A stretch of 48,473 bases of DNA from assembly GCF_006345805.1 (NCBI RefSeq), contig NW_021834427.1:1-48473 (forward strand). Reading direction: 5' to 3'. The position numbers and the translations under genes were made by a program. The notes beneath the pieces are model-generated. The model did not search any database, had not been told where the DNA came from, and was given only the letters and a program-made list of their open reading frames with translations. Of the stretch, positions 23,640 through 36,394 are shown piece after piece. This DNA is from Octopus sinensis. Taxonomy: Eukaryota. Within the stretch, counting starts at the first letter, position 1; each line of letters opens with the position of its first letter.

Positions 23640-23950
23640 GTTCCGGTCTTTTTCTTCGTCGCATTCAGTCAACAACTTCACTTCCAAATTTCCACCAGAT
23701 TATTATAACAAAGTGTACACACATATTCTATCCTACGACCGTTTCCTGCTCATGACTTCACCGCAAATACCTTATGAAATAATCCGTCTTGAGGGTGTGG
23801 CATCCTGACGTGACGTCATGCCGTTGCTCTTCCGGTTCCCTCCCCCGCAGCATTTCCTCTTTTCCAATTATTGTCCCTCCTCTCCACTTGATCCTGATCT
23901 AATTAATACCGCTTCTCTATTCCGCTCATAATCGCCCATTCTGTTGGTGT
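23640..23950. promoter_or_regulatory. CpG-enriched promoter-like stretch between divergent A5 and A2
   Basis: CRE TGACGTCA at 23811 and ETS CTTCCGG at 23829, in non-repetitive CpG-containing sequence. Confidence 0.4.
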
Positions 23951-24004
23951 CATATTTATTCGCATTTCTGTTTGGACGGCAGTTCTTTTAAATAATTTCC
24001 ACGT

Positions 24005-24390
24005 AGGCACTGGAGTGGCTGTGTGGTAAGTAGCTTGTGTACCAAGCTTATGGTTCTGGGTTCAGTCCCACTGCGTGGCACCTTGGGAAAGTGTCTTCTA
24101 CTATAGCCTCGAACCGACCAAAGCCTTGTGAGTGGATTTGGTAGACGGAAACTGAAAGAAGCCCGTTATATATGTATATATACGTGTGTGTGTTTGTCCC
24201 CCTAGCATTGCTTGACAACTGATGCTGGTGTGTTTACGTCCCCGTTACTTAGCGGTTCGACCAAAGGGACCGATAGAATAAGTACTGGGCTTACAAAAGA
24301 ATAAGTCCTGGGGTCAATTTGCTCGACTAAAGGCGGTGCTGCAGCATGGCCGCAGTCAAATGACTGGAACAAGTATGAGAGTAAAGAGTA
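24005..24390 (+). mobile_element. Full-length SINE family A nested in a GGGATC-TIR MITE remnant (23960-24437)
   Basis: The MITE sequence aataatttccacgta|actaaacac is split by the SINE. Confidence 0.85.
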
Positions 24391-24499
24391 ACTAAACACT
24401 TAATTAAAAAAACTGCCGTTCAAACCGAAAAGATCCGTACCTAGTAGAGTTTTATAGCAGAATATATGAGTACATTTTATTAAAATAATCTAATGAAAT

Positions 24500-24695
24500 T
24501 TGAAGAAATTGGGATTAATTAAAAACCGGAACGAAACCAAGCAGTCAGTAGAGCCATCTATTGGAGAATTGAAGGAATACAACTTTACAAAGGGAAATAA
24601 CTTCGACTCCACTTTGCCGCCACCAATTATATTATTAATTAAGGTGCTTAATTACTGATCATTGATTCGCTGTTTAAGTCTGAATACGGTAAGTT
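24500..24695 (+). promoter_or_regulatory. Predicted promoter, exon 1 and donor of ZNF A2
   Basis: Module 24440-25000 is homologous to 33920-34520 and 42380-42965. CCGGAA at 24526, CCAAT/CTCF-like at 24551-24564, donor ACG|GTAAGT at 24689. Confidence 0.6.
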
Positions 24696-25189
24696 GATAA
24701 AGATTTACTTTAAGGCTGTAACAGTGATAATAATGCTAATAATGATAATGTAAAGAATAGAATTATGTAACTCTCTCGATATTACAGTAATTATTTTTCG
24801 AAGCGGGAACCTGACAACAATTAGAAAATATAATTTGCTCGTCTTAATTAATAACTTCCAAACTGAAATGTTGATCTGTTGTTTAGGAAAACCTATGATC
24901 GACTTTTATATGTGATATAAAGGAAATTAATTGGTAAAATGAAAGTAATGTGTCATTATTGATTAGTAAAAGGTGAGGGGAACGGTTGAAGACTACCACA
25001 TTAATTAATTCTGTTGTGTCTGGGGAGAGTCATTCTCTTTTAGTGCCTTATTATTTAACACACTCACCGATAAAATTTGCACTTATTATTTTTGTTTCCC
25101 TAAAATTTTCGTTTCGTCTTGCAACCTTTTCAATAGTTTTCACTCTGTCTGTTATTTACACTGTGTTCCGTTTTGTTTGTTTGTGCTGT

Positions 25190-25460
25190 CGATAAATTAA
25201 GTACCAGTTACGAACTGGGTCGATGTAATCGACTTAATCCGTTTGTCTGTCCTTGTTTGTCCCCTCTGTGTTTAAGACTCTTGTGGGTAGTAAAGAAACA
25301 GGTATTTCGTCTGCCGTTACGTTCTGGTTTCAAATTCCGCCGAGGTCGGCTTTGCCTTTCATCCTTTCGGGGTCGATAAATTAAGGACCAGTTACGAACT
25401 GGGTCGATGTAATCGACTTAATCCGTTTGTTTAGCCCCTTGTGGGCAATAAAGAAATAAG
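25190..25460 (+). mobile_element. SINE family S1 (rearranged)
   Basis: aaattccgccgaggtcggctttgcctttcatcctttcggggtcgataaatt core. Confidence 0.7.
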
Positions 25461-25847
25461 AATATATGGACCCCAGTATTTCCAGAAAGGAATGAAAGGC
25501 AAGATCGACCTCGGCCGTATTTGAACTCAGAACCTTCCGCCGAAGTCGAGATTTGACTTGAATTCTTTTCAGAGTGTATAAATAATAACGGTGATGATGA
25601 TGATGATGATAAGCATTTTTACTTAAGGCATAAGGCCTGTAATTTGGTTGGGAGGTGTAATTCTATTGTATGGAACCCTGCTTCTTATTTTATTGAACTC
25701 GAAAGTCTGAAAGGCAAAATGAACCACGGTGGAATTTGAACTTTTAGAGTAAAATCCGATGAGAGTTACATGTGATAGAAAGTAAATAGATAAAAGATTT
25801 CGTAGATTAACGGTAATTCAGAATCGTTACATGTTCTTTACATTTAA

Positions 25848-26348
25848 TGGATCTTTTCCTTTTGAACGGCAGTTTTCAACACAATTTCTAGTCAACTAAA
25901 CACTTTGAAACTTCGTATACTGGTAGAATGTGTCAAAATAAAACATTTTTTCTCTTGGCTTTCTTGAGAAAATTGTAATTTGTTTGTTTAACGTAGTTTG
26001 ATTCTTTGAATTTTAACCAATCCTATGCCCTCTATTGAGCTAAAATCATTTGCTGCGTCTAAAACTGAGACAACATCCTGTAACTAACCCTAACTTTTTT
26101 TTTCTTAATTGTTTATAGAATTATTTTGATTGTTAATTGTTTAAATCACTTTCCATTGCTTTAGTTTTGAGAGAGCATAGGATTGGTTAAAATTCGAAAA
26201 ATTAAACTACGTTAAACAAACAAATTACAACTTTCTCAAGAAAGCCAAGAGAAAAAAATGTTTTCTTTTGACACATTCTACCAGTATACGAAGTTTCAAA
26301 GTGTTTAGTTGACTAGAAATTGTCTGCCATTCAAAGGGAAACGATCCC
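25848..26348. mobile_element. GGGATC-TIR MITE with long (~190-bp) inverted arms
   Basis: Exact 6-bp TSD ATTTAA at 25842-25847 and 26349-26354. The arms are clearly reverse-complementary. Confidence 0.9.
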
Positions 26349-26559
26349 ATTTAATTACTGCACAATAAGAGGAAACTTGCCTAATTAATTCTGATGGAAT
26401 AACTATAAATTCGTCTGGGGTAATTACTTAAGTGTGCTCCACCGACTTCATTTCCTCGTCACTTTCTGAAAAATTGGTATTTTTAAATGAAATCTCTAAA
26501 AGAAGTACTCCAGCATGGCCACAGTCCCTGAGTGAAACAGTAGCTGGCATTCTGTGTTT

Positions 26560-26848
26560 TAGTTCATCCAATTAACTGAAAAGCCTGCTCATGGAATTAA
26601 CATGCAAATGTCTGAGTATTCCACAGACATGGGGACCCTTAATATAGTCTTCAGGGAGGCACAGCATGACACGGATGGTGAGAAGACTGGCCCTTTGAAT
26701 TACAGGTGAAACTCATTTTTCACACCTGAGTGGACTAATGCAGAGTGAAATAAAATGGCTTGGAGACTCATTGCACCACTGTGTATCGAACTCACAACTT
26801 TACAATTGTGAGTGAAATACCCTAACCACTAAGCCATGCCACTTCACA
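26560..26848 (-). mobile_element. tRNA-derived SINE family D
   Basis: Minus-strand head gtggcatggcttagtggttagggt ... gtgagttcgatac has A/B-box-like sequence. Confidence 0.55.
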
Positions 26849-27446
26849 GGTGAAACAAGTGAAAGGAGAGAAGAGAAAGAAAACAGATAAATAATTAGAG
26901 AAATGTGGAAGCGATTCATCTATATACAGAATGTTGTAAAAGTTTCAATGCCTCAATGGATTCTGACCCATGCAAACGTAGATATTAAATGGATGACAAT
27001 TGATGTCGTAAAATTGAATTACTCTGTTGTTTAACTATCCACTTTATCTTACTGCCTCTTTTCCTATTTTAGATTATCACATCGTGTCGACATAAAAGAA
27101 ATTTCTTCATTCTGATGTGCCTCTGTTTTTATTGACTTTCCTTGACTGAAGGACGTCCACGTATTAACAAGAACCATTCATCAATACATCAAACTCTTAA
27201 TATAAATTTGATCTTAGACAAATGATGGGAAAAAATTTCTGGACATTGTATTTGACAACAACATTGTTTTTCTTCACTGTCTGGAATGTAGAGGAGATTA
27301 TCAATTAACAGTTTGATTAACGTTGGATAACTTTACAAAAGATTTGACAGTTTACATTTTCTATTTTAGACATTGAGTAAAATAACAAATGAAAGAAACA
27401 TAACATTAAATTATTCTCTGGAAATACAGACACAACTAAACACTAA

Positions 27447-28319
<873 letters not shown>

Positions 28320-28483
28320 ATCATTCTCTCATAGACTTAACTGTAAATGAATATATTCCTACAGGAGAGAAGCCATGTCAGAGTGACATCTGTGCTAAAC
28401 CATTCTCTTGAAAAAAACTACATTCATACACCTGGGTATTCACAACAATTGTAACTGTACCAATGTCAGGATTTATTAAAACA

Positions 28484-30250
28484 CTAGCAGAGATACCCGG
28501 CATTGCCGGTTACATTCAATAGAAGAATTAGACTTTTCTGTTATATATATATATACATGGATACACACACACAAATATATGTATATTTATATAAATACAT
28601 GAAAGTACATGAAGTTTGTTAAAAAAAAAGGGGATCATGTATATACCTCCTGGCTGTTGAGATTATTACACCTCGTTGTAAACAATGTTCCTTGTTTTTC
28701 CTTGTGGAAAAGGTTTCTTTTGGTCCTACTCTTGAGCAGCCAACATACAGTTGCCTATGCGAGAAGCAGGGCTCTTCCAAGAGAAGACCAGCTACAGAGA
28801 GGGTTTGACCCTGAGATTTGTTAATGGACATGGCAAAACTGACACGAAGGGGGAATTGCAGTCTTCTGAATGTAAATGGAATTTCTGTTCCTGATGGAGT
28901 AAGAGGAAATCTTGGAATAAAGATGTCATCACCTTTTCCACATCCAAAAAGAATGATCGCCTCGATAACCTGTGATATCATTTTCTTTATCACCAGTCGT
29001 GTTCCATTGCAAAGTCTTGGTGGTAATATGTGTGGAGGTAGTCGAGGAGGCTCCAGTGAATTGAGAAATTCAGGAGGACAGTTCACACCTTCATTTATAT
29101 CTGGAATTGTATCAACAGACTTGTAAGTGTGTATAGTGCCAGGAAGAGAATGCATTAGCTGTTGATTAATTTTGTTAACAGTGACGTTTTTTGGAGCTAA
29201 TATTGCTCTTTCACACAGCCAATTGTGATTTTGGTAGTTTTGTGTGAAGTTGGGAAAGACTTTGTTTTTGAGGTCATCTATAGAATTAACAACAGAGGAA
29301 AATGACCACACTTCCATTTGTCCTGCACCATCGAAAGGCATCTTGCCTTCACCAAGTGTCAAAATGTCCTGTGCAAGCTTTGTGGACATTTTGTCGCCGT
29401 GTAGCTGAGCTCTCATGTTAGTGGTGAGACTAAAGATTGTAACATGATGCCACAGGGTAGAGGACTTTAGGCATGCTTGAACTTCATCAGCTCTAGTGCC
29501 TTTCGGAATGACAGGAAGAGTTTGCCTGAAATCACCTGACAACAGAAACGTTACACCTTCCATTGGAGCCTGACAGTCTCGGATGTCTTTCAGGGCTCTA
29601 TCTAATGCTTCCAAAGCTCCCTTGTGAGCCATAGTGCACTCATCCCAGACAATTACATAATACATTTTAAGTACTTGTCCCTTATTTGAGCTTTTGTTGA
29701 TGTTGCATGAAGGCATTTCAGATGCTGCTAAATTGAGAGGGAGTTTAAAAGTTGAGTGTGCTGTCCTGCCTCCGGGTAACAAAGTAGCTGCAATGCCAAA
29801 GTAGGCTACAGCTACTGCAATGTCCTGATGCTACCTAACTTCTGCAAGGAGAAGCTTTATAATAAATGTTTTTCCTGTCCCTCCAGGAGCATCGAGGAAG
29901 AAGATTCATCCCTCGCGTTGGCATACACTGTTAAGAATAGTTCTGTACGCGTGCAACTGGTCTGGAAGTAATTTAGGCTCATTTTCAACAATGTACTTTG
30001 AAAGCGCTTGAGTGTCGTAGGTTGTTTCACGAATGACAGCAGTGGGAAGGCTATTTGACCCTGACCTGAATGCTTGTGGCAGGCCATACGTCGACAATTC
30101 ATTTCCACCCAGTTTAGCAATTCTGTCATCAATGTCAACGTCATCAATGTCAGGATAGAGCAGTTGAGCTTGGCGCTGAAGGGGACAATGTTTTTGAGAT
30201 TCCGGTTCGAATGTAAGGCAGGTTTGAAAGTGTTCCCAACAGTTATTAGT
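28484..30250 (-). mobile_element. Helitron fragment carrying a degenerate PIF1-like SF1 helicase
   Basis: One frame from about 30190 to 28619 with two stops: FFLDAPGGTGKT (Walker A), GGRTAHSTFKLP, IVWDECTM, GDFRQTLPV, RAILAP, RLCNGTR, QFPLRVSFAMSINKSQGQT, QLYVGCSRV. The canonical 3' end has the hairpin ccggcaatgccgg 9 nt before CTAG, followed by T (28484). Confidence 0.92.
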
Positions 30251-30322
30251 TGTAGTGGTAGAGTGTTTATGCCGAATATGTATGTATGCATGTATATATA
30301 TGTATGTATGCCTGTATATATG

Positions 30323-30455
30323 TACAAAATCCACTGAGAAGGCTTTTGTTGGTCTGAAGCTACAGCAGAAGACATGCCAAGTCACCACACAGTGGGACTG
30401 AACCCAGGACCATGTATTTGGAACGTAGTTTGTGACCACACAGCCACACCTGCCC
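30323..30455 (-). mobile_element. SINE family A head fragment
   Basis: cagtgggactgaacccaggaccatg...cacacagccac. Confidence 0.7.
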
Positions 30456-31519
30456 CTATGTTTGTGTGTGTGTGCATATATGTGTATGAGTAGAAATATT
30501 ATGCATGTATATATATGTGTACATATTACATGTACATCTATATATATATACATCTACACATAAAATACAAAGTTATATCTTGATATCGCTAGTGATAACA
30601 ATACTCAAAATATATAACAGACTGGAATTGTAGGCCCGTCTCTTGCAATTTCAATCAATTGGATCTTATCCTCCCTCTTGTATAGAAGTGTACGGCTGCA
30701 GTGAAATTCATTTTTGGACTTTCTTCTATCAAAGGCATTTAAACAAAAATGCTTCCGTAAAGACGGTGAAAATATTGTCAATTTCCCCAAACAGGGACAC
30801 AATTCAATTTTTATACAATAACTTTCTCTGAAAGGGGGAGGGTTGCGGTTTACAATTATTTAACAAATGCAACACAACAACGTTTCCCTGACGAGGAACC
30901 AACAAACGTGATTACAATAGTCAAACAGTATTAATAATAACAAACCTTTTTAATTTATCTCCATAGATGTGAAACCACTTGTTCAAGTCATTGATGCAAT
31001 TTTATACGAATTGCTAATACACACACACACACATAATAAGGTTGAAATATTGAATATTAACTTGATTAATATGAATTGAAAATCAGTGGTGTAGCATATA
31101 AGACCATAGCGGATCTTCTAGCAAAAAGGATGACCACTATTAATGGCTCATCCCTGTTATATAATACTTTCACTTTAATAGTTTCGCACTTGCAAAGAGA
31201 AAGTGTGGTAATGGAATGAGAGAGGCAAATCGTAAAATATTGAGTTTTATCGAATTTTTGCTTAATTGGGGGTCAAATTGAAAAAAATTGATATGCCATG
31301 ACCCAATCGAATCTACTTCAAAAAATCATAGGTAAATTCCAATTGAAGAAATTCTATATTGTAGAATTGTATTAAAAATGAACATGGTAACAGGCAGAGA
31401 AAATCTGCGTTTTATCATAAGAAATTACAACAATTAAGTCTGTTTTGTCAGCTGTAATGCAGGGTTTTTCCCATCATCAATTTGAATACCGTCAGTGTGA
31501 ACCTCAAACCTGTCATAAT

Positions 31520-33515
31520 CTGTAAAAATATTGACTCTGAGTTAACTTGATTGCTAAAAATGCCTGCGTTTGGATTTTGAGGAATTTCCTAGAAAAGAAT
31601 AATGAATAAAAAATCAGAATAAAAGTTAGACCATTTTGTGTTTGTTTTGTTACTCAATATCTAGACACTGTCTCCTCTATACCTTAAATCTCTCAACTGG
31701 CACAATGGCACACCTGTTCAATACTAACTGCCCACCTCCCTGTTGTGGGATTTTTTTGTCACCTAGGGATTTGGTGACCCTTTTGGTGCTGATGTTACAT
31801 GTCCTTACACACTGTTAAAGTAAAGGTATGGAATCCCCAACTCTACGGGGGTGGTCTTGTTATTCAAATGCCTTGTTTCTATTTGCTCCTGAAATTTATA
31901 TGTACTCTTTTATTCTTTGACGTGTTTCAATCATTTGACTGAGGCCATGCTGGAGCACCACCTTCAAGGTTGTTAGTGGAAGAAATCGACCTCAAGACTT
32001 AATCTTTGTAAGTCTAGTACTGATTTTATCTGTGACTTTTGCTAAACATCAGTTACAGGGACGTAAACACACCCGTACCAATAGTTAAGCCCGAGGTAGG
32101 TGGACAAAAAAAGACATAGACACATACCCAAATACATATAGATATACATTTATATACATATATATACATATAGTGAAGAATTCCGGGTAGAAGTAGGTGT
32201 CCAGCAAGGCTCAGTCCACTGTGCCGGTGGCATGAAAAAAGCACCCACTACACTCTCGGAGTGGTTGGCGTTAGGAAGGGCATCCAGCTGTAGAAACACT
32301 GCCAGATCAGATTGGGCCCGGCACAGCCTTCTGGCTTCCCAGACCCCAGTTGAACTGTCCAACCCATGCTAGCATGGAAAGCAGATGCTAAACGATGATG
32401 ATGATTTATATATATATAGATATACATTTATATATATATATATATACACATATATATATATATATATGTAGTAGCCTAAGGTTGAGTTGAGCTGGCAGAA
32501 GCATTAGCATGCCGGGGAAATGTATTTCATCTAGTGTTATGTTCTGAGTTCAAATTCCACCGAGGTCGACTTGGCCTTTCATCCTGTTGGGGTTGATAAA
32601 TAAAGTACCAGTTACTCACTGGGGTTGATGTAGTCGACTTAATCCCTGTCCCTGTTTGTCCTCTCTGTGTTTAGTTCCTTGTGGGCAATAAAGAAATCAG
32701 AAATCGACTCCAAGACGGACATAAACACACCAGTACCAGTTAAGCAATGGCTGAGGGAAAAGCATTTATACACATACCCAAATATATACGTGCATACAAA
32801 CACACATATATAGTAGCCTAAGTACCCAGCATTGCTCGGAATTTAAAGGAATATTAACCCTTTTGATACCTATTTCTTTACTACAAACAAGGACAGACAC
32901 ACGGATGAAATCGATTATATCGACCCCAGTGCGTAACTGGTACTTATTTAATCAACACTGAAAGGATGAAAGGCAAAGTCGACCTCGGCAGAATTTGAAC
33001 TGAGAACGTAACGGAAGACGAAATACGGGTACAAACAAGGACAGAGAGGGATTAAGTCGATTACATCGACCCCAGTGTGTATCTGGTACTTAATTTATCG
33101 ACCCTGCAAGCATGAAAGGCAAAGTCGACCTCGGCAGAATTTGAACTCAGAACATAATTGCAGACGAGATACCGCTAAGCATTTCACCCGGGTGCTAACG
33201 TTTCTGCTAGGATTCTTTACATGGCACCAGCAAGAGTGCTTTTTATGTGGTACCAGCATCAACAGGGTCACCCAGTACCTTGCATGACAAAATCCCCCCA
33301 CAACAGGGAGGGAAAGAGGTAGTATTGAAGGGGTATGACTTTGGGCCTTTGAGATATTTAAGGTATAGAAGGGACAGTGTCTAGATTTAGAGAAACAAAA
33401 CACAAGATGGTCAGTCTAACTTTTGATTCATTTTTCTTTTGCAACAAATTCATCAAAATCCAAACACAGGCATTTTCAGTAATCAAGATCTCAGAGTCAA
33501 TATTTTTATAGATAA
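31520..33515. repeat. Pair of diverged ~270-bp inverted repeats (31520-31795 and 33250-33515) enclosing SINE A, C and S1 copies
   Basis: For example aaaaatattgactctgag / ctcagagtcaatattttt and tctagacactgtc / gacagtgtctaga. Inner SINEs at 31905-32140, 32215-32405, 32485-32700 (+) and 32870-33210 (-). Confidence 0.75.
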
Positions 33516-33522
33516 AGATGAT

Positions 33523-33918
33523 GGGATCTTTTCAGTTTGAACGGCAGATTTTTCTAGCGGTGTCATATGAAATTGTCACCCATAATTATGACCCTAGCAT
33601 CGATCTGTTGCATTTCAATCTGTTTTAGGGGTGGGGTGAAGGGTATCTTTTTTTTCTTCACAAATGTAAATAAACCCAATCTGTTTCTTAAACGAGGGAC
33701 ATATTCATACGGCATAGAATGTTTTCACCTTAGTAGACGTCATTGATTTGTTGAAATTGCAGAAAAACAACAAATATCTTACAAACTATAGAATTTTCTC
33801 AATAAAGCCAAGAGAAAAAGATATTTCATAAACACATTCTACCAGTAAACGAAATTTAAAAGTGTTTAGTTACGTAGAAATTATTTTAAAAAACTGCCGG
33901 TCAAAGCGAAAATATCCT
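33523..33918. mobile_element. GGGATC-TIR MITE
   Basis: Both TIRs present. Body is the reverse complement of 22842-23251. No TSD recognised. Confidence 0.85.
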
Positions 33919-33959
33919 AGAATATACAAGTAAACTTTATTAAAATAATCTGGTGAGAA

Positions 33960-34200
33960 TTTAAAAAAAACTTGAAGATGGAGTTATTCACAGAAAGGGA
34001 CAAAGTTAAAAAAACACCGGAACGAATCCAATGAATCAGTAGCGCTCTCTATTGGAGAATTAAGGAAATACAATCATATCAAGGGGAAACAACTTCTACA
34101 AGACATCAACCACGAGACCAAAATAGCTAATTAGGGAAGTTAATTAGGGAGGTTAATTACCGATCACTGAGTCACTGTTTATTTGTGAATACGGTAAGTT
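33960..34200 (+). promoter_or_regulatory. Predicted promoter, exon 1 and donor of ZNF A3
   Basis: CCGGAA at 34017, gcgctctctattgg at 34042-34055, ACG|GTAAGT at 34194. Confidence 0.6.
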
Positions 34201-34944
34201 GACAAAGATTTACTTTAAGGCTGTAATAGTGTTGATAATACTACTAATAATAAGGTAAATGATAGAATTCTGTGAACCTCTCGATGTTACAGTAATTATT
34301 TTTCCAAGCGGGAACCTGACAATAATTAGGAAAATATATTTGTTCGTCTTAATTAATAATTTCCAAACTGAAATGTTGATTTGTTGTTTATAAAATACTA
34401 TGACCGACTGTTACATGTGATAGAACTGAAATTAATTGGTAAAGTGAGAATAAAACAGCGTAATTAATTAGTAAAATGTGAGGAGTCCGATTGAAGAATT
34501 CCACATTAATATATGTTATCCTGTTGTTTATGAGGCATTGATAAAACGGTAAGTTGATAAAGATTTACTCTAATGTTATATTAATAATAGTAATGATGAT
34601 GATGATTTCAAAACTGGCCCAGGGTCAGCAATGTTTAATACGAGCGATAAGTCGATTGCATGGGTCCCGGTTTTTTCCCGAAGAGATGAAAGACAAAGTC
34701 GATCTCATCCGTATTTGAACTGAGGACTTTCCGCCGAGGTTGGCTTTGTATTTCATTCCATTCCGTGTGAAGAAAATAAAAATGATGATGATGATGATAG
34801 TAATCATTTGTGCTTTTGACCTGAAAATTGGCGGGAGGGCATAAGTGAATTACATGGACCCTAGTACTTGATTGCTTCTTAATTTTTCTAACTGGAAATG
34901 ATGAAAGGCGACCTTGATGTGATTTGAACTTTGAGAGTAATGAT

Positions 34945-35691
34945 GCGATCTTTTCACTTTGACCGGCAGATTTTTAAAGTAATTTCTATGTAACTATAAA
35001 ATTTAAAACTTCGTATACTGGTAGAATGTGTTTATAAGACATCTTTTTCACTTAGCTTTCTTGAGAAAATTCTGTATTTGTAACATATTTGTTGTTTTAT
35101 TTCTGGTATTTCGGCAATTTCAACCAATCAATGACGTCTGTTGAGGTGAAAACGATTTCTGCCGTAACATTTTCTGGCGGCATCATATGAAAATGTCCCT
35201 GTTACATATTATATATTCATTTAAGAAACAGATTGGGTTTATTTACATTTCTGAAGAAAACAAGATACCCTTGCCCCCAACCCTAACCCTAAAACAGAAT
35301 AAAATGCAATAGATCGATACCAGGGTCATAATTATGGGTGGACACTAAAGATGGAACGGTTTTGTTATCCAGCTCTGTTTACGAGTGAACCCTCAGTTTA
35401 TGGCCACAGGGTATCTTTTTTCTCATAAAAAACAGGGACATTTTCATATGACGCCACCAGTAAATTTTACGGCAGAAATCGTTTTCACCTCAACAGACGT
35501 CTTTGATTGGTTGAAATTGCCGAAATGCAACAAATTAAACAACAAATATGTTACAAACTACAAAATTTTCTCAAAAGAGCCAAAGAGAAAAAGATGTTTT
35601 ATAAACACATTCTACCAGTATACGAAGTTTAAAATTTTTTGCTTACATAGAAATTATTTTCAAAAGCTGCCGGTCAAAGCAAAAAAATCCT
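34945..35691. mobile_element. Long GGGATC-TIR MITE (~750 bp, foldback-like)
   Basis: Exact 6-bp TSD AATGAT at 34939-34944 and 35692-35697. The two halves are largely inverted copies of each other. Confidence 0.85.
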
Positions 35692-36394
35692 AATGATGTG
35701 TAGGGCACTGCCCATGGGCGCATCGCAGACAACATGAAGACCGGGACCTTCACTGCTGGATAGCTAGCGAGCTGGTCCAGAGAAGGGAATTCCGGTCAGC
35801 AACATGAAGTCTTAAATCAAACATTTTTCTGAAAGGTAGAAGTGAAGTGTGTAGTAAACTTGTGTGGGTATACCAATGTTTCAATGCCTCAATGAACTCT
35901 GACCCCTGTAAACATTGACATTAAATGGCTGACAGTGGTCATGTTGTAATATTTACAATGTTGAATTACTATGTCACTTAACTATCCTCTTTATCTTACT
36001 GTTTCTTTTTCTATTTCAGAATATCACATCATGTTGACATAAAACAAATTACTTTGTTCAGATGTGCCTCTGATATTTTTATCAACTTTCATCAACTAAA
36101 GGAAGACAATATATTTATAAGGAGCATTCATCTATACATCAACGCTTCTATATAAATATAATCTATGACCTATAACGGCGAAATATTTTTCTTGTCTTCA
36201 CTGTCTGGAATGTAGAGGAGGTGATTGCTTTACAAGTTTGGATAACTTTACCAATGAGTTGACAGTTTTCACCTGTTGATTTAGGTATTAAGTAAGATCA
36301 CACATGAAAGAAAGATTAACATTAAATTATTCTCTGAAAAAAGTTATGCAAATGGACACAAACATATTCATAGAAAGAAAAAAACAATATTATT

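Noticed and set aside
24005-24080. tRNA genes (A/B-box-like motifs here and at 26790-26848 and 47815-47880)
   Set aside because: No complete cloverleaf was found. Each continues into a repeated SINE body.
28619-29782. A functional host PIF1/RRM3 helicase gene
   Set aside because: In-frame stops lie between Walker A and the ORF start, about 15 aa appear deleted before RLCNGTR, no introns are evident, and a Helitron 3' terminus follows. It is a decayed Helitron helicase.
36020-36160. Coding use of the start of type A exon 2 (ISHHVDIKQ...)
   Set aside because: Open for about 44 codons in A3 and A4 but stopped early in A2 and A5, and never joined to the ZNF frame. Treated as 5'UTR.
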